This document shows positions 1-10,246 of a stretch of DNA of 64,000 nucleotides, one piece after another. The translations under genes were made by a program, and so were the position numbers. The stretch is from Dehalococcoidia bacterium (GTDB lineage: Bacteria; Chloroflexota; Dehalococcoidia; Bin125). Location: NCBI GenBank assembly GCA_963555985.3, contig OY820591.1:1-64000 (forward strand), read 5' to 3'. Position 1 is the stretch's first letter; every line of letters begins with the position of its first letter. The notes beneath the pieces are model-generated. The model was not told the DNA's origin and ran no database searches. It was given only the letters and a program-made list of their open reading frames with translations.

Positions 1-653
1 AGGGTCGGGCACTGCAACGCGCGCGCGGTCTCCCAGATATCGGAGCGGCTTTCGGCGACGCCGCGAAACTCCGCCTGGCGGAAGCGTTCGTCGAACTGCT
101 TGGCCATGCGGCCATCGGGCGTCTCGCGCAGTGAGACGGCCAGGCGCTTGCGGATGCCTTCCTTGGAGCGGAAGGGATAGTACCGGTGGGTGTGCTCGAC
201 CCACTCGTCGAGCGAGTCCATCTCGTAGGGTCCGGCCACGAATTGGCGGACTTGCTGCGCCCCGTCGACCGTGACTTCGGGACCGACATCGATCAGGACG
301 AGCGCGCGTAGTTGGTCGGGGTGGCGGGCGGCGAAGGTCATCGAGTTCATGCCGCCCATTGAGTGCCCGACCACGATCGGACGATCCAGCTGATTCGCCT
401 CGATGAAGGCGCGGATGTCGTCGGCCATGTGATCGCGGGAGTAGTCGCCAAGTTCGGAGGCGCGGTCGGAGAGTCCGTGTCCGCGTTGATCGAGCGCGTA
501 CCAGTGCAGACGGTCGGAGAGCGCCGGCGCCACTTCGTCGAACGAGTGGCAATTGAGGGCGAATCCGTGCAGGGCGACGGCGGAAACGGGAGCATCGCCG
601 CCGTGATCGACGTAGTGCAGTTCGAGTCCGTTGACGGAGGCGCGGGCGCTCAT
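1..653 (-). CDS. alpha/beta fold hydrolase (3' end outside window)
   Basis: Manual translation from ATG at 653: MSARASVNGLELHYVDHGG...LHGF...DQRGHG...VGHSMGG nucleophile elbow. Confidence 0.85.
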   Translation of the reverse strand, partial: MSARASVNGLELHYVDHGGDAPVSAVALHGFALNCHSFDEVAPALSDRLHWYALDQRGHGLSDRASELGDYSRDHMADDIRAFIEANQLDRPIVVGHSMGGMNSMTFAARHPDQLRALVLIDVGPEVTVDGAQQVRQFVAGPYEMDSLDEWVEHTHRYYPFRSKEGIRKRLAVSLRETPDGRMAKQFDERFRQAEFRGVAESRSDIWETARALQCPT

Positions 654-759
654 GGGCGGGTACCTTTGCAGTCGGCAAGCAGCTCTGTCCGTGCCTCGCT
701 AGAGCCCGAGGCTGTCGTACGTTTGAGGATACCCGCGCAGGTCGGGATATCTTGTCACC

Positions 760-2538
760 ATGCGAGAACGCACTCCATCCCTGAGATATGACGTCAACGA
801 ACGCCCGCCGTTTCTGTTGGCGCTTGGCCTGGGCGTCCAGAGCGCGCTCTTTGTGGTCGGGGGCACCGTCTTCCTGCCGATTCTGATGGAGCAATTGGGG
901 CTGATTGATTCGGGCGAGGCGGCCTATCTGATCTCGGCCAGCATGTTGATCGGCGGGATCACGACCGCGATCACGGTGACGCGGGTCGGCTACATCGGCT
1001 CCGGCTACATGTTGTTCATGGGCACATCGGGCGCATTTTTCGCGGCGACGATGGATGCAGTCGAACTGGCGGGGATCGGTTTCGTGGCGGCGCTGGCGAT
1101 GATCGCCGCGCCGACCGAGTGGGCGGTGGCCTGGTTGTTCCGCTTCCTGCGCAACATCTTTACCGCGCCGGTCGGCGGCGCAGTGGTGATGTGCGTGGCG
1201 GTCACGATCGTGCCGCTCACGATCGACGCCTGGCAGGGCACCGGGACGCCGAAAGAGGGCTCGATCGAATATCTCGCGATCGGCGGGATCGCGGTGTTGG
1301 TGACGGTGGCGATGATCGCGGTTGCGCCTCCCCGCCTGCGGCTCTGGGCTCCGGTGGCGGGCATCGCGATCGGATCGCTGGCCGCTCTGGCGATGGGGGA
1401 GTGGCACTTCGACAACACGAATGTGGCATCGATCGTCGGCTTCCCGATCAGCGAGTGGCAAGCGCCGACCTTCCCCAATAGCGCCGAGGCCTGGGCGATC
1501 TTGGGCGCATTCATCATTGCCACCCTGTCCGGGACGATTGAGACGGTGGGCGACACGATCGCGGTGCAGAAGGTCTCTCTGCGCGATTTTCGGCGGATCG
1601 ACTACGAGAGCATTCGCGGCTCCCTGAACGCCGACGGCGTCGGCAATGTGCTCGCAGGCGTGCTGGGATCCACGCCAAACACGACCTACTCGAGTCCGAT
1701 CGGGATGATCCCGGTGATTGGCGTGGCATCCCGAATTGTGGGGCTGTTCGGCGCCGGCTCGCTGGTGGTGATGGCGTTCTTCCCGATTCTGACCGCGTTC
1801 ATTCTCGACCTGCCCGGGTCTGCGATCGGCGGGGTCACGTTCGTCACGATGATCATTCTGTTCGTGACCGGGATGCGGATCGTGATCGAAGACGGGATTA
1901 GCGGACGCTCGGCGCTGATCGTGGGGCTGGCCTTTTGGGGCGGATTCGCGGCCGAACGGGATCTGTTCTTCCCCGGATTGATGCCCGAATGGGCCGATCC
2001 GGTGTTGGGCAACGCGATCTCGACCGGCTCGGTGATTGCCGTGACGCTGTCGGCGATCTTCACCCTGATGCCGCGCAAGCGCTTCACCTGGCGGGCGGCG
2101 GCGTTCGCCGACCGCCTGCCCGACGTGCTTGCTTTCGTGAATTCTTCGGCGCGCGAGATGAAGCTGGGACCAGTTGCGGCGAACCGCCTGGAAGTCTGCA
2201 CCGAAGAAGTGTTCCTGCACCTGGTTGATGCGCCCTCCGAGGCCGACCCGAACAGCCGGCGGCTGCGGATCGAGATCATGCCCTCGGAGGATGAGGTGAC
2301 GGTGACGATCACGGATCGTTCCGAGGCGCGTGATGTCGATGCGCCGGTGGTGCCCTCGGAGTTGTTGGAGGCGCAGCCGGAGGAGTTGCGCGACCTGGGC
2401 CTGCAAGTGTTGAGCCATCTCGCCGCGCATGTCTCGCACACCACGATCTCCGGCTGGCACTACGTGGAGTTCTCGATTGAACGCGGCCCCGAGTACAGCG
2501 AGCCATCGGAGCAGGCGGAGGCGGCTGTTGGCGACTGA
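760..2538 (+). CDS. NCS2 (xanthine/uracil) permease fused to a C-terminal RsbW-like HATPase domain
   Basis: [10 protein letters not shown] start, many TM segments, IETVGD and PNTTYS signatures; soluble C-terminus [10 protein letters not shown]...ITD...DLGLQVL. Confidence 0.85.
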   Translation: MRERTPSLRYDVNERPPFLLALGLGVQSALFVVGGTVFLPILMEQLGLIDSGEAAYLISASMLIGGITTAITVTRVGYIGSGYMLFMGTSGAFFAATMDAVELAGIGFVAALAMIAAPTEWAVAWLFRFLRNIFTAPVGGAVVMCVAVTIVPLTIDAWQGTGTPKEGSIEYLAIGGIAVLVTVAMIAVAPPRLRLWAPVAGIAIGSLAALAMGEWHFDNTNVASIVGFPISEWQAPTFPNSAEAWAILGAFIIATLSGTIETVGDTIAVQKVSLRDFRRIDYESIRGSLNADGVGNVLAGVLGSTPNTTYSSPIGMIPVIGVASRIVGLFGAGSLVVMAFFPILTAFILDLPGSAIGGVTFVTMIILFVTGMRIVIEDGISGRSALIVGLAFWGGFAAERDLFFPGLMPEWADPVLGNAISTGSVIAVTLSAIFTLMPRKRFTWRAAAFADRLPDVLAFVNSSAREMKLGPVAANRLEVCTEEVFLHLVDAPSEADPNSRRLRIEIMPSEDEVTVTITDRSEARDVDAPVVPSELLEAQPEELRDLGLQVLSHLAAHVSHTTISGWHYVEFSIERGPEYSEPSEQAEAAVGD

Positions 2539-3064
2539 GGATTGGTTGAGGCTGAGCGACGAGGAGCTGTTGTCGCAGTGCCGTGTCGAGCGGTTTCGAG
2601 TCTCCGGGCCGGGCGGCCAGCATCGCAACAAGACGGATTCGGCGGTGCGGCTGACGCACTTGCCCAGCGGTATCCAGGGTTACGCATCGGAGCGGCGCTC
2701 GCAGCATCAGAACCGCGCTGCAGCGCTGAAACGCCTGCGCCGCGAAATCGCGTTGCAAGCGCGCCGCCCGATTGAGCTGGAGCTGTACCATCCGCCGCCC
2801 GAGCTCAGCCGCATCCTGCCGCGAGGCGTGCGCGCCGAAGCGCCGAAGCGAGATCGGATCGGCCCCCGCCACCGCGAGTTCTGGACGGGCGCGCGGGCGC
2901 TGCTCGATCTGCTGGAGGCGGCTGAGGGGTCGGTGTCCGATGCGGCCGGGCTGATCGGTTGTTCGACCGGGCAGTTGGTGAAGCTGCTGCACTCGGAGCC
3001 GCATCTGTGGGCGGCGGCGAACGCGATCCGGGAGCGGCGGGGGCTGCGTCCGCTGCGGGGGTAG
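2528..3064 (+). CDS. RF-1 domain peptidyl-tRNA hydrolase (release factor-like) with C-terminal helical/HTH-like extension
   Basis: [23 protein letters not shown]...RSQHQNR motif; TTG start inferred. Confidence 0.8.
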   Translation: MATEDWLRLSDEELLSQCRVERFRVSGPGGQHRNKTDSAVRLTHLPSGIQGYASERRSQHQNRAAALKRLRREIALQARRPIELELYHPPPELSRILPRGVRAEAPKRDRIGPRHREFWTGARALLDLLEAAEGSVSDAAGLIGCSTGQLVKLLHSEPHLWAAANAIRERRGLRPLRG

Positions 3065-3099
3065 GGACAAGTCTCTCCTTGCTCTCCAGGACAAGTGGG

Positions 3100-3385
3100 G
3101 GAATTTCTGGGCGGGCGAAGAGAATTCGTGGTCGCGGGCGGGAAATTGAGCGGCAGGTAGTCCGGAAAAGTCCAGATTCGTCCAGATCTGTCTGGATTCT
3201 GTGATACTTGGAGCAGAAAGTGTGGGTGTGATTCCGGGTTTGTCCAGGGGTGTCCAGGTGAGTTCTGAGGGTCATGGCGGGTTCCGTTTGTTGAGGCGGG
3301 ATGGTTCGGTGCGGGCAACTATATACGTACGGGAGTTCTGTGGCGGGTTCAGGTTTGGCGTGGTGTTGCGGTGGTGACAGTTGGG
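3100..3385 (-). other. Dispersed element copy 1 (LexA-like box, mini-ORF, 10-bp phased repeats)
   Basis: Colinear with 27449-27725 in inverted orientation; GTAC-GGGA-GTTC at 3327-3338; repeats at 3161-3200 and 3231-3270. Confidence 0.7.
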
Positions 3386-3416
3386 TTTGGTGGCGATTTC
3401 TCGGGGTGTGGGGAGC

Positions 3417-3468
3417 GGACCCCCCCTCTGTCACTACGTGACATCTCCCCCCGCAAGGGGGGGAGATG
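3417..3468 (-). repeat. REP-like palindrome (CCCCCTCTGTCACTACGTGACATCTCCCCC family)
   Basis: Same motif at about 31970, 35855, 57830, 57920, 59160 and 59470. Confidence 0.8.
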
Positions 3469-3491
3469 GGAAAGGGCGGTCTGGATTGGGT

Positions 3492-3887
3492 TTATTCGCT
3501 GTTGGTGGAGATGATGGCGTCGGCTTCGATTTCGACCAGCATCTCCGGATCGATGAGAGATGAGACTTCGACGATGGTGGCGGCGGGGCGGGTTTCTGCG
3601 AAGCGGCGTCCGTGCTCGGCGGCGACCGCTTCGTACTGCTCCATGTCGGTGATGTAGATGCGGGTGCGGACGACGTCTTGGAGCGATGCGCCAAGCTGGT
3701 GGAGGGCGTCTTCGATGATGTCGAAACAGCGGGCTGCCTGTGGGCCTGCTCCGCCCGGCGTGACTGTGCCGTCGGGGTTGATTGGGGCGGTGCCGCTGAC
3801 GGCGATCTGGTTGCCGACGCGAATTGCGCGGGAGAATCCGAACTGGGCTTCGTAGGGGCTGGCGCTGCTGGTTCGTTGGCGGGTCAT
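3492..3887 (-). CDS. RidA/YjgF family protein
   Basis: GFSRAIRVGNQIAVSGTA, DVVRTRIY, RPAATIVEV, LVEIEADA. Confidence 0.9.
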   Translation of the reverse strand: MTRQRTSSASPYEAQFGFSRAIRVGNQIAVSGTAPINPDGTVTPGGAGPQAARCFDIIEDALHQLGASLQDVVRTRIYITDMEQYEAVAAEHGRRFAETRPAATIVEVSSLIDPEMLVEIEADAIISTNSE

Positions 3888-5311
3888 GCGGATGCTCCGA
3901 GTTGTTCGAGGATGGTCTCGGCGGCGGCGTGACCGCTGCGGACGGCGGACTCCATCGTGGCGGGCCAGCCGGTATCGGTCCAAGCGCCGGCGAGGGCGAG
4001 ATTGCGGATTGGGGTGCGGGGCTTAGGGCGGTGGGCGGCGATGCCGGGAAGCGGACGGAAGGTGGCTTCGCGCTCTTTGACGACTCGGGCGGCGAGCAAC
4101 GTCGCTGGGCGGGCGCGTTTCAGGGCCTGGCGCAGACCGGCTTCGGCCCGACTCACGATCGCGTGCTGCGGATCGTCGATGATGTCATGCGCTCCGCTGA
4201 TCGAGACCGACACCCAGTGCGTCGGCCCGCTCAGTTCGTGCAGACGGGAGCGGTTGAAGACGAACTGCACATTCGGATCGAGCACGGCAGCGAAGTCGCC
4301 CAGCATGATGGTGCGATCCCACTGCATGTGGACGTTGACGATGGGGCTGGTCTGGTGCTGCTCAAAGCGCCAGAAAGGTTCGCGCTGCCGCCAGCCTCGA
4401 GGCAGCAGGGGAAGCGCGTGTTGGGGCGGGAGCGCCAGCACCACGGCGCGCACCCCGAGCGTCTGATCGTCGCCGTAGCGAACCCGGATCGCGCGGAGGT
4501 CGTCGGTCTCGATCTGCTGCACCGGGGCTGTGAGGCGAGCGTCGCCGCCGAGTCTGCGGAACTCTGCGAGCGCATGATCGGAGACGACGCTCAGGCCGCC
4601 GCGAAAGAGGCCGATGTCTCCGGCTCGCGGCTTGGTTAAGAAGCCGACCTGGAAAACCTGGATTGCCTGGGCCGCGCTCACGTCTGCGCTGCGATCGTTG
4701 CAAGTGGGGAGCACGATCAGGTCCCAGATGCGCTGAATGAGCCGCTCGGTCTGCCCGTTCGCTCGCAGCCAGTCGGCGAAGGTTTGGCGATCCAGGGCGC
4801 GGCGTTCGCGCTCGGAGAGGCGGCGGATGCGATCCATCACCAGTCCGAGCCGAGCTTTCTCCTCTGTGGTGAGATGCGCGTAGGTGAGGATCGACCAGGC
4901 GAGATGAACAGGCGCCGGGATTGGGGCAGCGGTATTCGCCAGGTGGCGTAAGAGCGGCGGTTGGCTTGCCGCGATTGCGCTGATCCGGCGTCCGCGAGCG
5001 AACGGATCGATCACGGGTACGTGCAGCCTGTCCTGGTAGCTGACGAGGCGTTGCAGATCCAGGCGATCGAGCAGACCCTGGAAGGCGGTGCAGCAGCGCA
5101 TGGTGATGTGCTGGCCGTTGTCGAGCGTGAGGTCGTAGTTGGGATCGCGGAAGCTGTAGGCCTTGCCGCCGGGGAAGGGGCGGCGCTCGAAGAGCACAGT
5201 CGGCTGTCCCGCTTCGATCAGATCCAGTGCGGCGGTGAGACCGGCGAGGCCGCCGCCGATCACCGCGACGGGTGCGCCGCCGGTTGAGTGATCCGGGGAT
5301 GTAGCTGCCAC
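3884..5311 (-). CDS. hpnE: hydroxysqualene dehydroxylase
   Basis: GGGLAG FAD motif, LDNGQH, LAGAWTDTGWPATMESAVRSG; downstream of hpnCD. Confidence 0.9.
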   Translation of the reverse strand: MAATSPDHSTGGAPVAVIGGGLAGLTAALDLIEAGQPTVLFERRPFPGGKAYSFRDPNYDLTLDNGQHITMRCCTAFQGLLDRLDLQRLVSYQDRLHVPVIDPFARGRRISAIAASQPPLLRHLANTAAPIPAPVHLAWSILTYAHLTTEEKARLGLVMDRIRRLSERERRALDRQTFADWLRANGQTERLIQRIWDLIVLPTCNDRSADVSAAQAIQVFQVGFLTKPRAGDIGLFRGGLSVVSDHALAEFRRLGGDARLTAPVQQIETDDLRAIRVRYGDDQTLGVRAVVLALPPQHALPLLPRGWRQREPFWRFEQHQTSPIVNVHMQWDRTIMLGDFAAVLDPNVQFVFNRSRLHELSGPTHWVSVSISGAHDIIDDPQHAIVSRAEAGLRQALKRARPATLLAARVVKEREATFRPLPGIAAHRPKPRTPIRNLALAGAWTDTGWPATMESAVRSGHAAAETILEQLGASA

Positions 5312-5317
5312 TGCCGG

Positions 5318-6235
5318 TTAACCGTTGCGGACGAGATTGGGCATTGCGCCCAAGGCCCAGAGCTCGAGCAGGCGGATCACGCGGCCCGCTTTCGAGGGAC
5401 TGACCCGTTCGCTGTAGACGTCGAAATCACGCGCCACAATCGCGTCGAGGATCATGCGGTAGACGCCTTGCAGCCCGTTGCAGCAGGCGCGTGAGCGCGG
5501 CCCGTCCAAGAGCGGGATGAGGCGCAGGCCTTCGCGGTAGCGCTGATAGGCGCGAGTCGCGTATTCGGACATCAGGCTGCGGAATTGGTCGTTGTAGCGA
5601 AATTCGAGGATGTCGGCTTCGCTCAGGCCGTGTTGGGCAAGGTCTTCGAGAGCGAGGTAGATGCGTCCGCGCTCGGCGTCTTCGCGGACATCGCGCATGA
5701 TGTTGGTGATTTGCAGCGCTTGGCCCATGGCGACGGCCGATTCGACGGCCAAGCGCGACTGGGCGCGGTCGTAGCCGAAGATCTCGATGCAGACCAGGCC
5801 GATCACGGAGGCGGCGCGGTAGCAGTACTGCTCCAAGTCGGCGAAGGTCTCGTAGCGGGTCTGGATCAAGTCCTGTTCCATCCCTCGCACGAGCTCTTCG
5901 AAGTGATCGCGCGGGATCTGGTAGCGGTGGACAGCGTCGCTCAGGCCGTGACCGAGCCACTGCGGTTGTCCCGGTCCGACTTCGCGGCGGTCGTAGGCGG
6001 CGGCAAGCAGTTCGTGGGCTTGGCTTAGCGCGGCGGCGCGTTCATCCGGCGTGCCTGCGTCGTCGACGGCGTCGTCCACGGTGCCGGCGTAGGCGTAGGC
6101 GGCGTAAATCGCGCGCCGTTTCGGGCCGGGCAAGGCGGAGAAGGCGACGTAGAAGTTGGTCGCGCGGCGACGGGTGAAGGCCTGGCATTGGCGGTAGGCG
6201 TCGTTTAACTGGGGGTCTGCGCTGCGCCGGATCAT
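5318..6235 (-). CDS. hpnD: presqualene diphosphate synthase
   Basis: TNFY, VDDAVD, YCYRAASVIG, LQITNIMRDVREDAERGRIYL. Confidence 0.85.
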   Translation of the reverse strand: MIRRSADPQLNDAYRQCQAFTRRRATNFYVAFSALPGPKRRAIYAAYAYAGTVDDAVDDAGTPDERAAALSQAHELLAAAYDRREVGPGQPQWLGHGLSDAVHRYQIPRDHFEELVRGMEQDLIQTRYETFADLEQYCYRAASVIGLVCIEIFGYDRAQSRLAVESAVAMGQALQITNIMRDVREDAERGRIYLALEDLAQHGLSEADILEFRYNDQFRSLMSEYATRAYQRYREGLRLIPLLDGPRSRACCNGLQGVYRMILDAIVARDFDVYSERVSPSKAGRVIRLLELWALGAMPNLVRNG

Positions 6236-6239
6236 GGGG

Positions 6240-7184
6240 TCAGCCCAGCTTGAGTTGCGCGGCGGCGCGGAGGGCGAGCCAGGCGCGGGTGGATTTGCCG
6301 ACGCGCGGACGGCGGGCGAGCACGTCGTAGTCCTGGCGACGGATCGCCTCGAGCACGGCGCGTCCACCGTCGGTGAAGAGGCGCAGATCGATCGCCAACT
6401 CGCGCGGGACTTCGTCGATCAGGCGCTCGCCCTGGCGGAACCATGCTTCCGCCCGGTCAACCTGGAAGCGGAGCATGGCGCGGAAGCGGCGGTCGGCGCG
6501 GCCGGCGGCGATCTGTTGGGCGATGTCGTCTTCGCTGAGGTCGTAGTGGCGCAAGTCTTCCTGGGGCAGATAGAGGCGTCCGGCCTCGAAGTCGCGGCGG
6601 ACATCCTGCCAGTGATTGGAGAGTTGCAGCGCCGTGCAGGTAGCGTCGGAGAGTCCGCGCCGGTACTCGTCGTCGATCTCCCAAAGCGCGAGCACCATCT
6701 CGCCGACCGGATTGGCGGACAGCTCGCAGTAGTCGAGCACATCCTGGAAGAGCGGGTAGCGCGACTGGCGTTGATCGAGACGGTTGGCCTCAATCAATTT
6801 CTGGAACGGATCGAGCCGCAAGGGTTTGCTGCGGGCGACATGCTGGAGCGCGCGGTGAATCGGATGCCGAGGTGCGTCGCTTTCGGAGAAGGCGCGGCGT
6901 ACGTCCTGCTCCCATTCGTCCAACAGTTGCAGGCGCCGCTCGGGGCCGCCGCCGGCCTCGTCGCCCAGGTTGTCGGTGAAGCGGCAGAAGGCGTAGACCG
7001 CGAACATGGGCGCGCGCAGCGGGCGCGGCAGGAACCAGCTGACGACGGTGAAGTTTTCACCGTGGTCGCGGGTGTAGCGCTCGCACCAGCGCAGGGCGTC
7101 TCGGGGTTCGGCGACGCTCCAGTCGCGCTGCTTGACAGCAGCAGCGATCGGATTGGGTTCGAGGGCATCCGCGGCGATGGGCAT
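6240..7184 (-). CDS. hpnC: hydroxysqualene synthase
   Basis: HGENFTVVS, YCELSANPVG, CTALQLSNHWQDV. Confidence 0.9.
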   Translation of the reverse strand: MPIAADALEPNPIAAAVKQRDWSVAEPRDALRWCERYTRDHGENFTVVSWFLPRPLRAPMFAVYAFCRFTDNLGDEAGGGPERRLQLLDEWEQDVRRAFSESDAPRHPIHRALQHVARSKPLRLDPFQKLIEANRLDQRQSRYPLFQDVLDYCELSANPVGEMVLALWEIDDEYRRGLSDATCTALQLSNHWQDVRRDFEAGRLYLPQEDLRHYDLSEDDIAQQIAAGRADRRFRAMLRFQVDRAEAWFRQGERLIDEVPRELAIDLRLFTDGGRAVLEAIRRQDYDVLARRPRVGKSTRAWLALRAAAQLKLG

Positions 7185-7217
7185 GTCAGTGGTCGGCTGT
7201 GTTGAATCGCGCGCGGG

Positions 7218-7457
7218 TTACTCCGCTTCGAGGTCTTCGGGATCGAGGACGCGGAAACCGACGCCGAGCTTGACCTGGAACCAGCCGATCTCACCCTCGT
7301 TCATGGCGCCGCGGATCTCGCGCACCTCGAACCAGTCGAGGTTGCGGAGGGTCTGTCCGGCGCGTTCGATCGCGTTGCGAATGGCGTCGTCCACGCCGTC
7401 CGGCGAAGAACCGACCAGTTCGACGATCTTGTAGGTGTGCGAGCGTCGTTCTGCCAT
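7218..7457 (-). CDS. dodecin (flavin-binding)
   Basis: TYKIVELVGSS...LRNLDWFEV...FQVKLGVGF. Confidence 0.92.
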   Translation of the reverse strand: MAERRSHTYKIVELVGSSPDGVDDAIRNAIERAGQTLRNLDWFEVREIRGAMNEGEIGWFQVKLGVGFRVLDPEDLEAE

Positions 7458-7512
7458 GGGAGTTCCCTTTCATCAGTGCTTGACTGGGAGCGGCGGTGGC
7501 CGCGTGGCGACG

Positions 7513-8196
7513 TTAGCCGGCGCCCAGTTCCACATCCATCATCTCGTAGCAGGCCCAGCACAACTGCTTGCCCTGCATCGGGATCAGGGTAAGGGCGAAC
7601 TGGCCGCATTCTTCGCAGATGCGGCGCTGGGCGGTATCGAAACGCATGACGACGAGATCGTGGAGTTCACCGTCGGCGGCGGCGACGTGGCGAGTCAGCA
7701 CCGCATCTTCGACGAAGCCGAGGCCCTCGAAGAGCTTGCGCGCGCCGACCTGCATCGGCGTCATCTGGGCGATGATCTTGGCCACGTCGGCGGCGAGCGC
7801 GGTCTCGAAGGCGAGCCCGAGCAGCACATGGCCCAAGCCCAACCGGCGGGCATCGACGTCGACCATCACACGAATCTCAGCGACATGGCGAGTCCAGCGC
7901 AGGTGTCCGCGCTCGATCGTGGCGTAGCCCTTGATCTCCTGGCCTTCAGTAGCGACAACGGAGGTGATCCGTCCGGCTTCGGTGTCGTTGATCCAGAGGT
8001 GGATATCTTCCGTGTTGGTGATATCGCGTTCCTGGAAGAGGAGATCGCTGTGCGGCTGGCGGCGTCCGAAGGCGAGCAGCGTTTCCTCGTCGCTGCGATG
8101 CAGGAAGCGGAGCTGAATCGCGCGCCCGCTGAGACTGAGGTCGCGCGGAAGCTCTTGCATCACAATGTCGGCGTTGGAGCCTTGTTGGGTGGTCAT
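7513..8196 (-). CDS. GNAT N-acetyltransferase with C-terminal CxxC...CxxC zinc ribbon
   Basis: RRLGLG acetyl-CoA motif, FEGLGF; CEEC...CWAC tail. Confidence 0.8.
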   Translation of the reverse strand: MTTQQGSNADIVMQELPRDLSLSGRAIQLRFLHRSDEETLLAFGRRQPHSDLLFQERDITNTEDIHLWINDTEAGRITSVVATEGQEIKGYATIERGHLRWTRHVAEIRVMVDVDARRLGLGHVLLGLAFETALAADVAKIIAQMTPMQVGARKLFEGLGFVEDAVLTRHVAAADGELHDLVVMRFDTAQRRICEECGQFALTLIPMQGKQLCWACYEMMDVELGAG

Positions 8197-8312
8197 GAGC
8201 GCGCCTCGTCTCGAGCACTGGGCGGATGGTTCGTGCACGCCATCAACGCATTGCCAAGATGGCGTTGCGAACAGTGAACAGTGGATCGCAGTCTAATCGT
8301 TCGCGCCGGCGC

Positions 8313-10235
8313 TCAGCGCGCTTGCAGGGCGCGCTCGTAACGACCGAGCGCCATCAGCGGGAAGTAATGGCGGTAGAGGTGGTAGTTGATCATGAAATCG
8401 GAGGGGAAACCGGTACCGGTGAACTCCGGTTCGTCCCAGGTACCGTCCTCGCGCTGTCGCGCGATCAGGTACTGGATGCCTCTGGCGGTCGCTTCGTGGC
8501 GCTCTTCGCCGGCGGCGATCAAGGCCATCAGCGCCCAGGCGGTCTGGGACGGGGTGGACGGCCCTTGCCCGCGCAGGCTGGGGTCGGCGTAGGTGTCGCA
8601 GGACTCGCCCCAGCCGCCGTCGGGGAGTTGATAGCGAATCAGCCAATCGACCGCGCGGCGGACGGCGGGCGCTGACATCGGCTCGCCCAGCGCGGCGAGA
8701 GCGGGCAGCGAAGCGCCGAGTCCATAGATGTAGTTGACGCCCCAACGTCCCCACCAGGAACCGTCCGGCTCTTGCAACTGATAGAGGAAGCGCAGGCCGC
8801 GCCGGGCAGGTGGATACTGGCCGCTGTAACCGAACTGGCCCAGGATTTCGAGCGCGTGCGCGGTCACGTCGGCGGTGGGTGGATCCAGTAGTTCGCCGAA
8901 GTCGGCGAAGGGGATGTCGGCGAGGAAGGTCTTCTCGTTATCGACGTCGAACGCGCCCCAACCGCCGTTGGAACACTGCATCGAGAGCATCCAGTGCAGA
9001 CCGCGATCGAGCGCGCGGCGGCGCTCGGATTCGAGTCCGTCCAGCGGGATGCGCTCGAGCGCCATCATCACCACAGCGGTGTCGTCGACGTCGGGGTAGA
9101 CGTCGTTGTCGAACTCGAACGCCCAGCCGCCGGGCGGGGTATCGGGATTCTTGACCTGCCAGTCGCCGCCGCTCAATACCTGTTCGCGCAGCATCCAACG
9201 CGCGGCCGATTGGAGCGCCGGGTGTTCGGGCGGGAGGCCGGCATCGAGCAGACCGACCGCGGCCAGGCAGGTGTCCCAGACCGGAGACTGGCAGCTTTCG
9301 GTCCAGATCCGAGCGCCGTCGGTACTGTCCTGGCTCCAGGTAAAGCGCTTGAATCCGCTCAGCGCGCGCTGGATCACGGGATGATCGAGCGAATAGCCCA
9401 TCGCCCGCAACGCGAGGATCGCGTAGACCCAGGGCGGCTGAATGCCGCCCCAGCAGCCGTCCGCTTCCTGACGGTCGAGCAGCCAGCGCTCGGAGAAAGC
9501 GAGGGCGCGATGCTCAAAGGGTCGGATGCGGTTGCGGTCGAGGAAGCGCAGCAGCGTATCGAGTGCATAGAACGCGCCGGCGGCGGAGAAGGGGTTGCGC
9601 GGCGGCGGTACCGCGAAGCGCTTGCGATCCTTGGGTGAGGCCCAGAGTTCGGGCACGCCCGCTCCGGCGGGTAGCGCCGCTGTGGGGCGCAGCGTCATGA
9701 TCACGGTGATGCCGACGATTGTCGCGCGGGCCCAGCTAGCGAACTCGTAGAGGTTGATCGGGAACCAGCTGGGCAGCAGGTTGATCCAGGGCGGCATTGC
9801 CGGCAGTTGTTCCCAGTCGAACTCGCCGAAGAGGGCGAGCCAGATCTTAGTGAAGACGCGGGCGCTGGGGATGCCGCCCTGTTCGAGGATCCACTCGCGC
9901 GCGCGGGTCATGTGGGGCGAGTTGGGATCGTCGCCGGCCAGCTTGAGCGCGAAGTAGCACTCGACCGAGGTGCTGACGTCTCCCGGTCCGTCGAGATATT
10001 GCGCCCAGAATCCCTGCGGGCGTTGCTGGGCGCGGAGATAGCGGGCGATCCCCGCCCATTGCTGACGGTCGCCGATGCCGAGGTGGTGCGTGAGGAGGAG
10101 GTATTCGGAGGTGATCGACGGGTTCGATTCGAGTTCGCCCCACCAGAAGCCGGCGGGGTCTTGGGCTTCGAGGAGCCAATCGGTGGCGCGCTGGATCGTG
10201 CGCGTGAGTTGCTGGTCGGTGGGCGCGAGTGTCAT
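8313..10235 (-). CDS. shc: squalene-hopene cyclase
   Basis: YPDVDDTA catalytic DxDD, QW repeats, GRWGVNYIYG, GTGFP. Confidence 0.97.
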   Translation of the reverse strand: MTLAPTDQQLTRTIQRATDWLLEAQDPAGFWWGELESNPSITSEYLLLTHHLGIGDRQQWAGIARYLRAQQRPQGFWAQYLDGPGDVSTSVECYFALKLAGDDPNSPHMTRAREWILEQGGIPSARVFTKIWLALFGEFDWEQLPAMPPWINLLPSWFPINLYEFASWARATIVGITVIMTLRPTAALPAGAGVPELWASPKDRKRFAVPPPRNPFSAAGAFYALDTLLRFLDRNRIRPFEHRALAFSERWLLDRQEADGCWGGIQPPWVYAILALRAMGYSLDHPVIQRALSGFKRFTWSQDSTDGARIWTESCQSPVWDTCLAAVGLLDAGLPPEHPALQSAARWMLREQVLSGGDWQVKNPDTPPGGWAFEFDNDVYPDVDDTAVVMMALERIPLDGLESERRRALDRGLHWMLSMQCSNGGWGAFDVDNEKTFLADIPFADFGELLDPPTADVTAHALEILGQFGYSGQYPPARRGLRFLYQLQEPDGSWWGRWGVNYIYGLGASLPALAALGEPMSAPAVRRAVDWLIRYQLPDGGWGESCDTYADPSLRGQGPSTPSQTAWALMALIAAGEERHEATARGIQYLIARQREDGTWDEPEFTGTGFPSDFMINYHLYRHYFPLMALGRYERALQAR

Positions 10236-10246
10236 CTGGATCCGCC

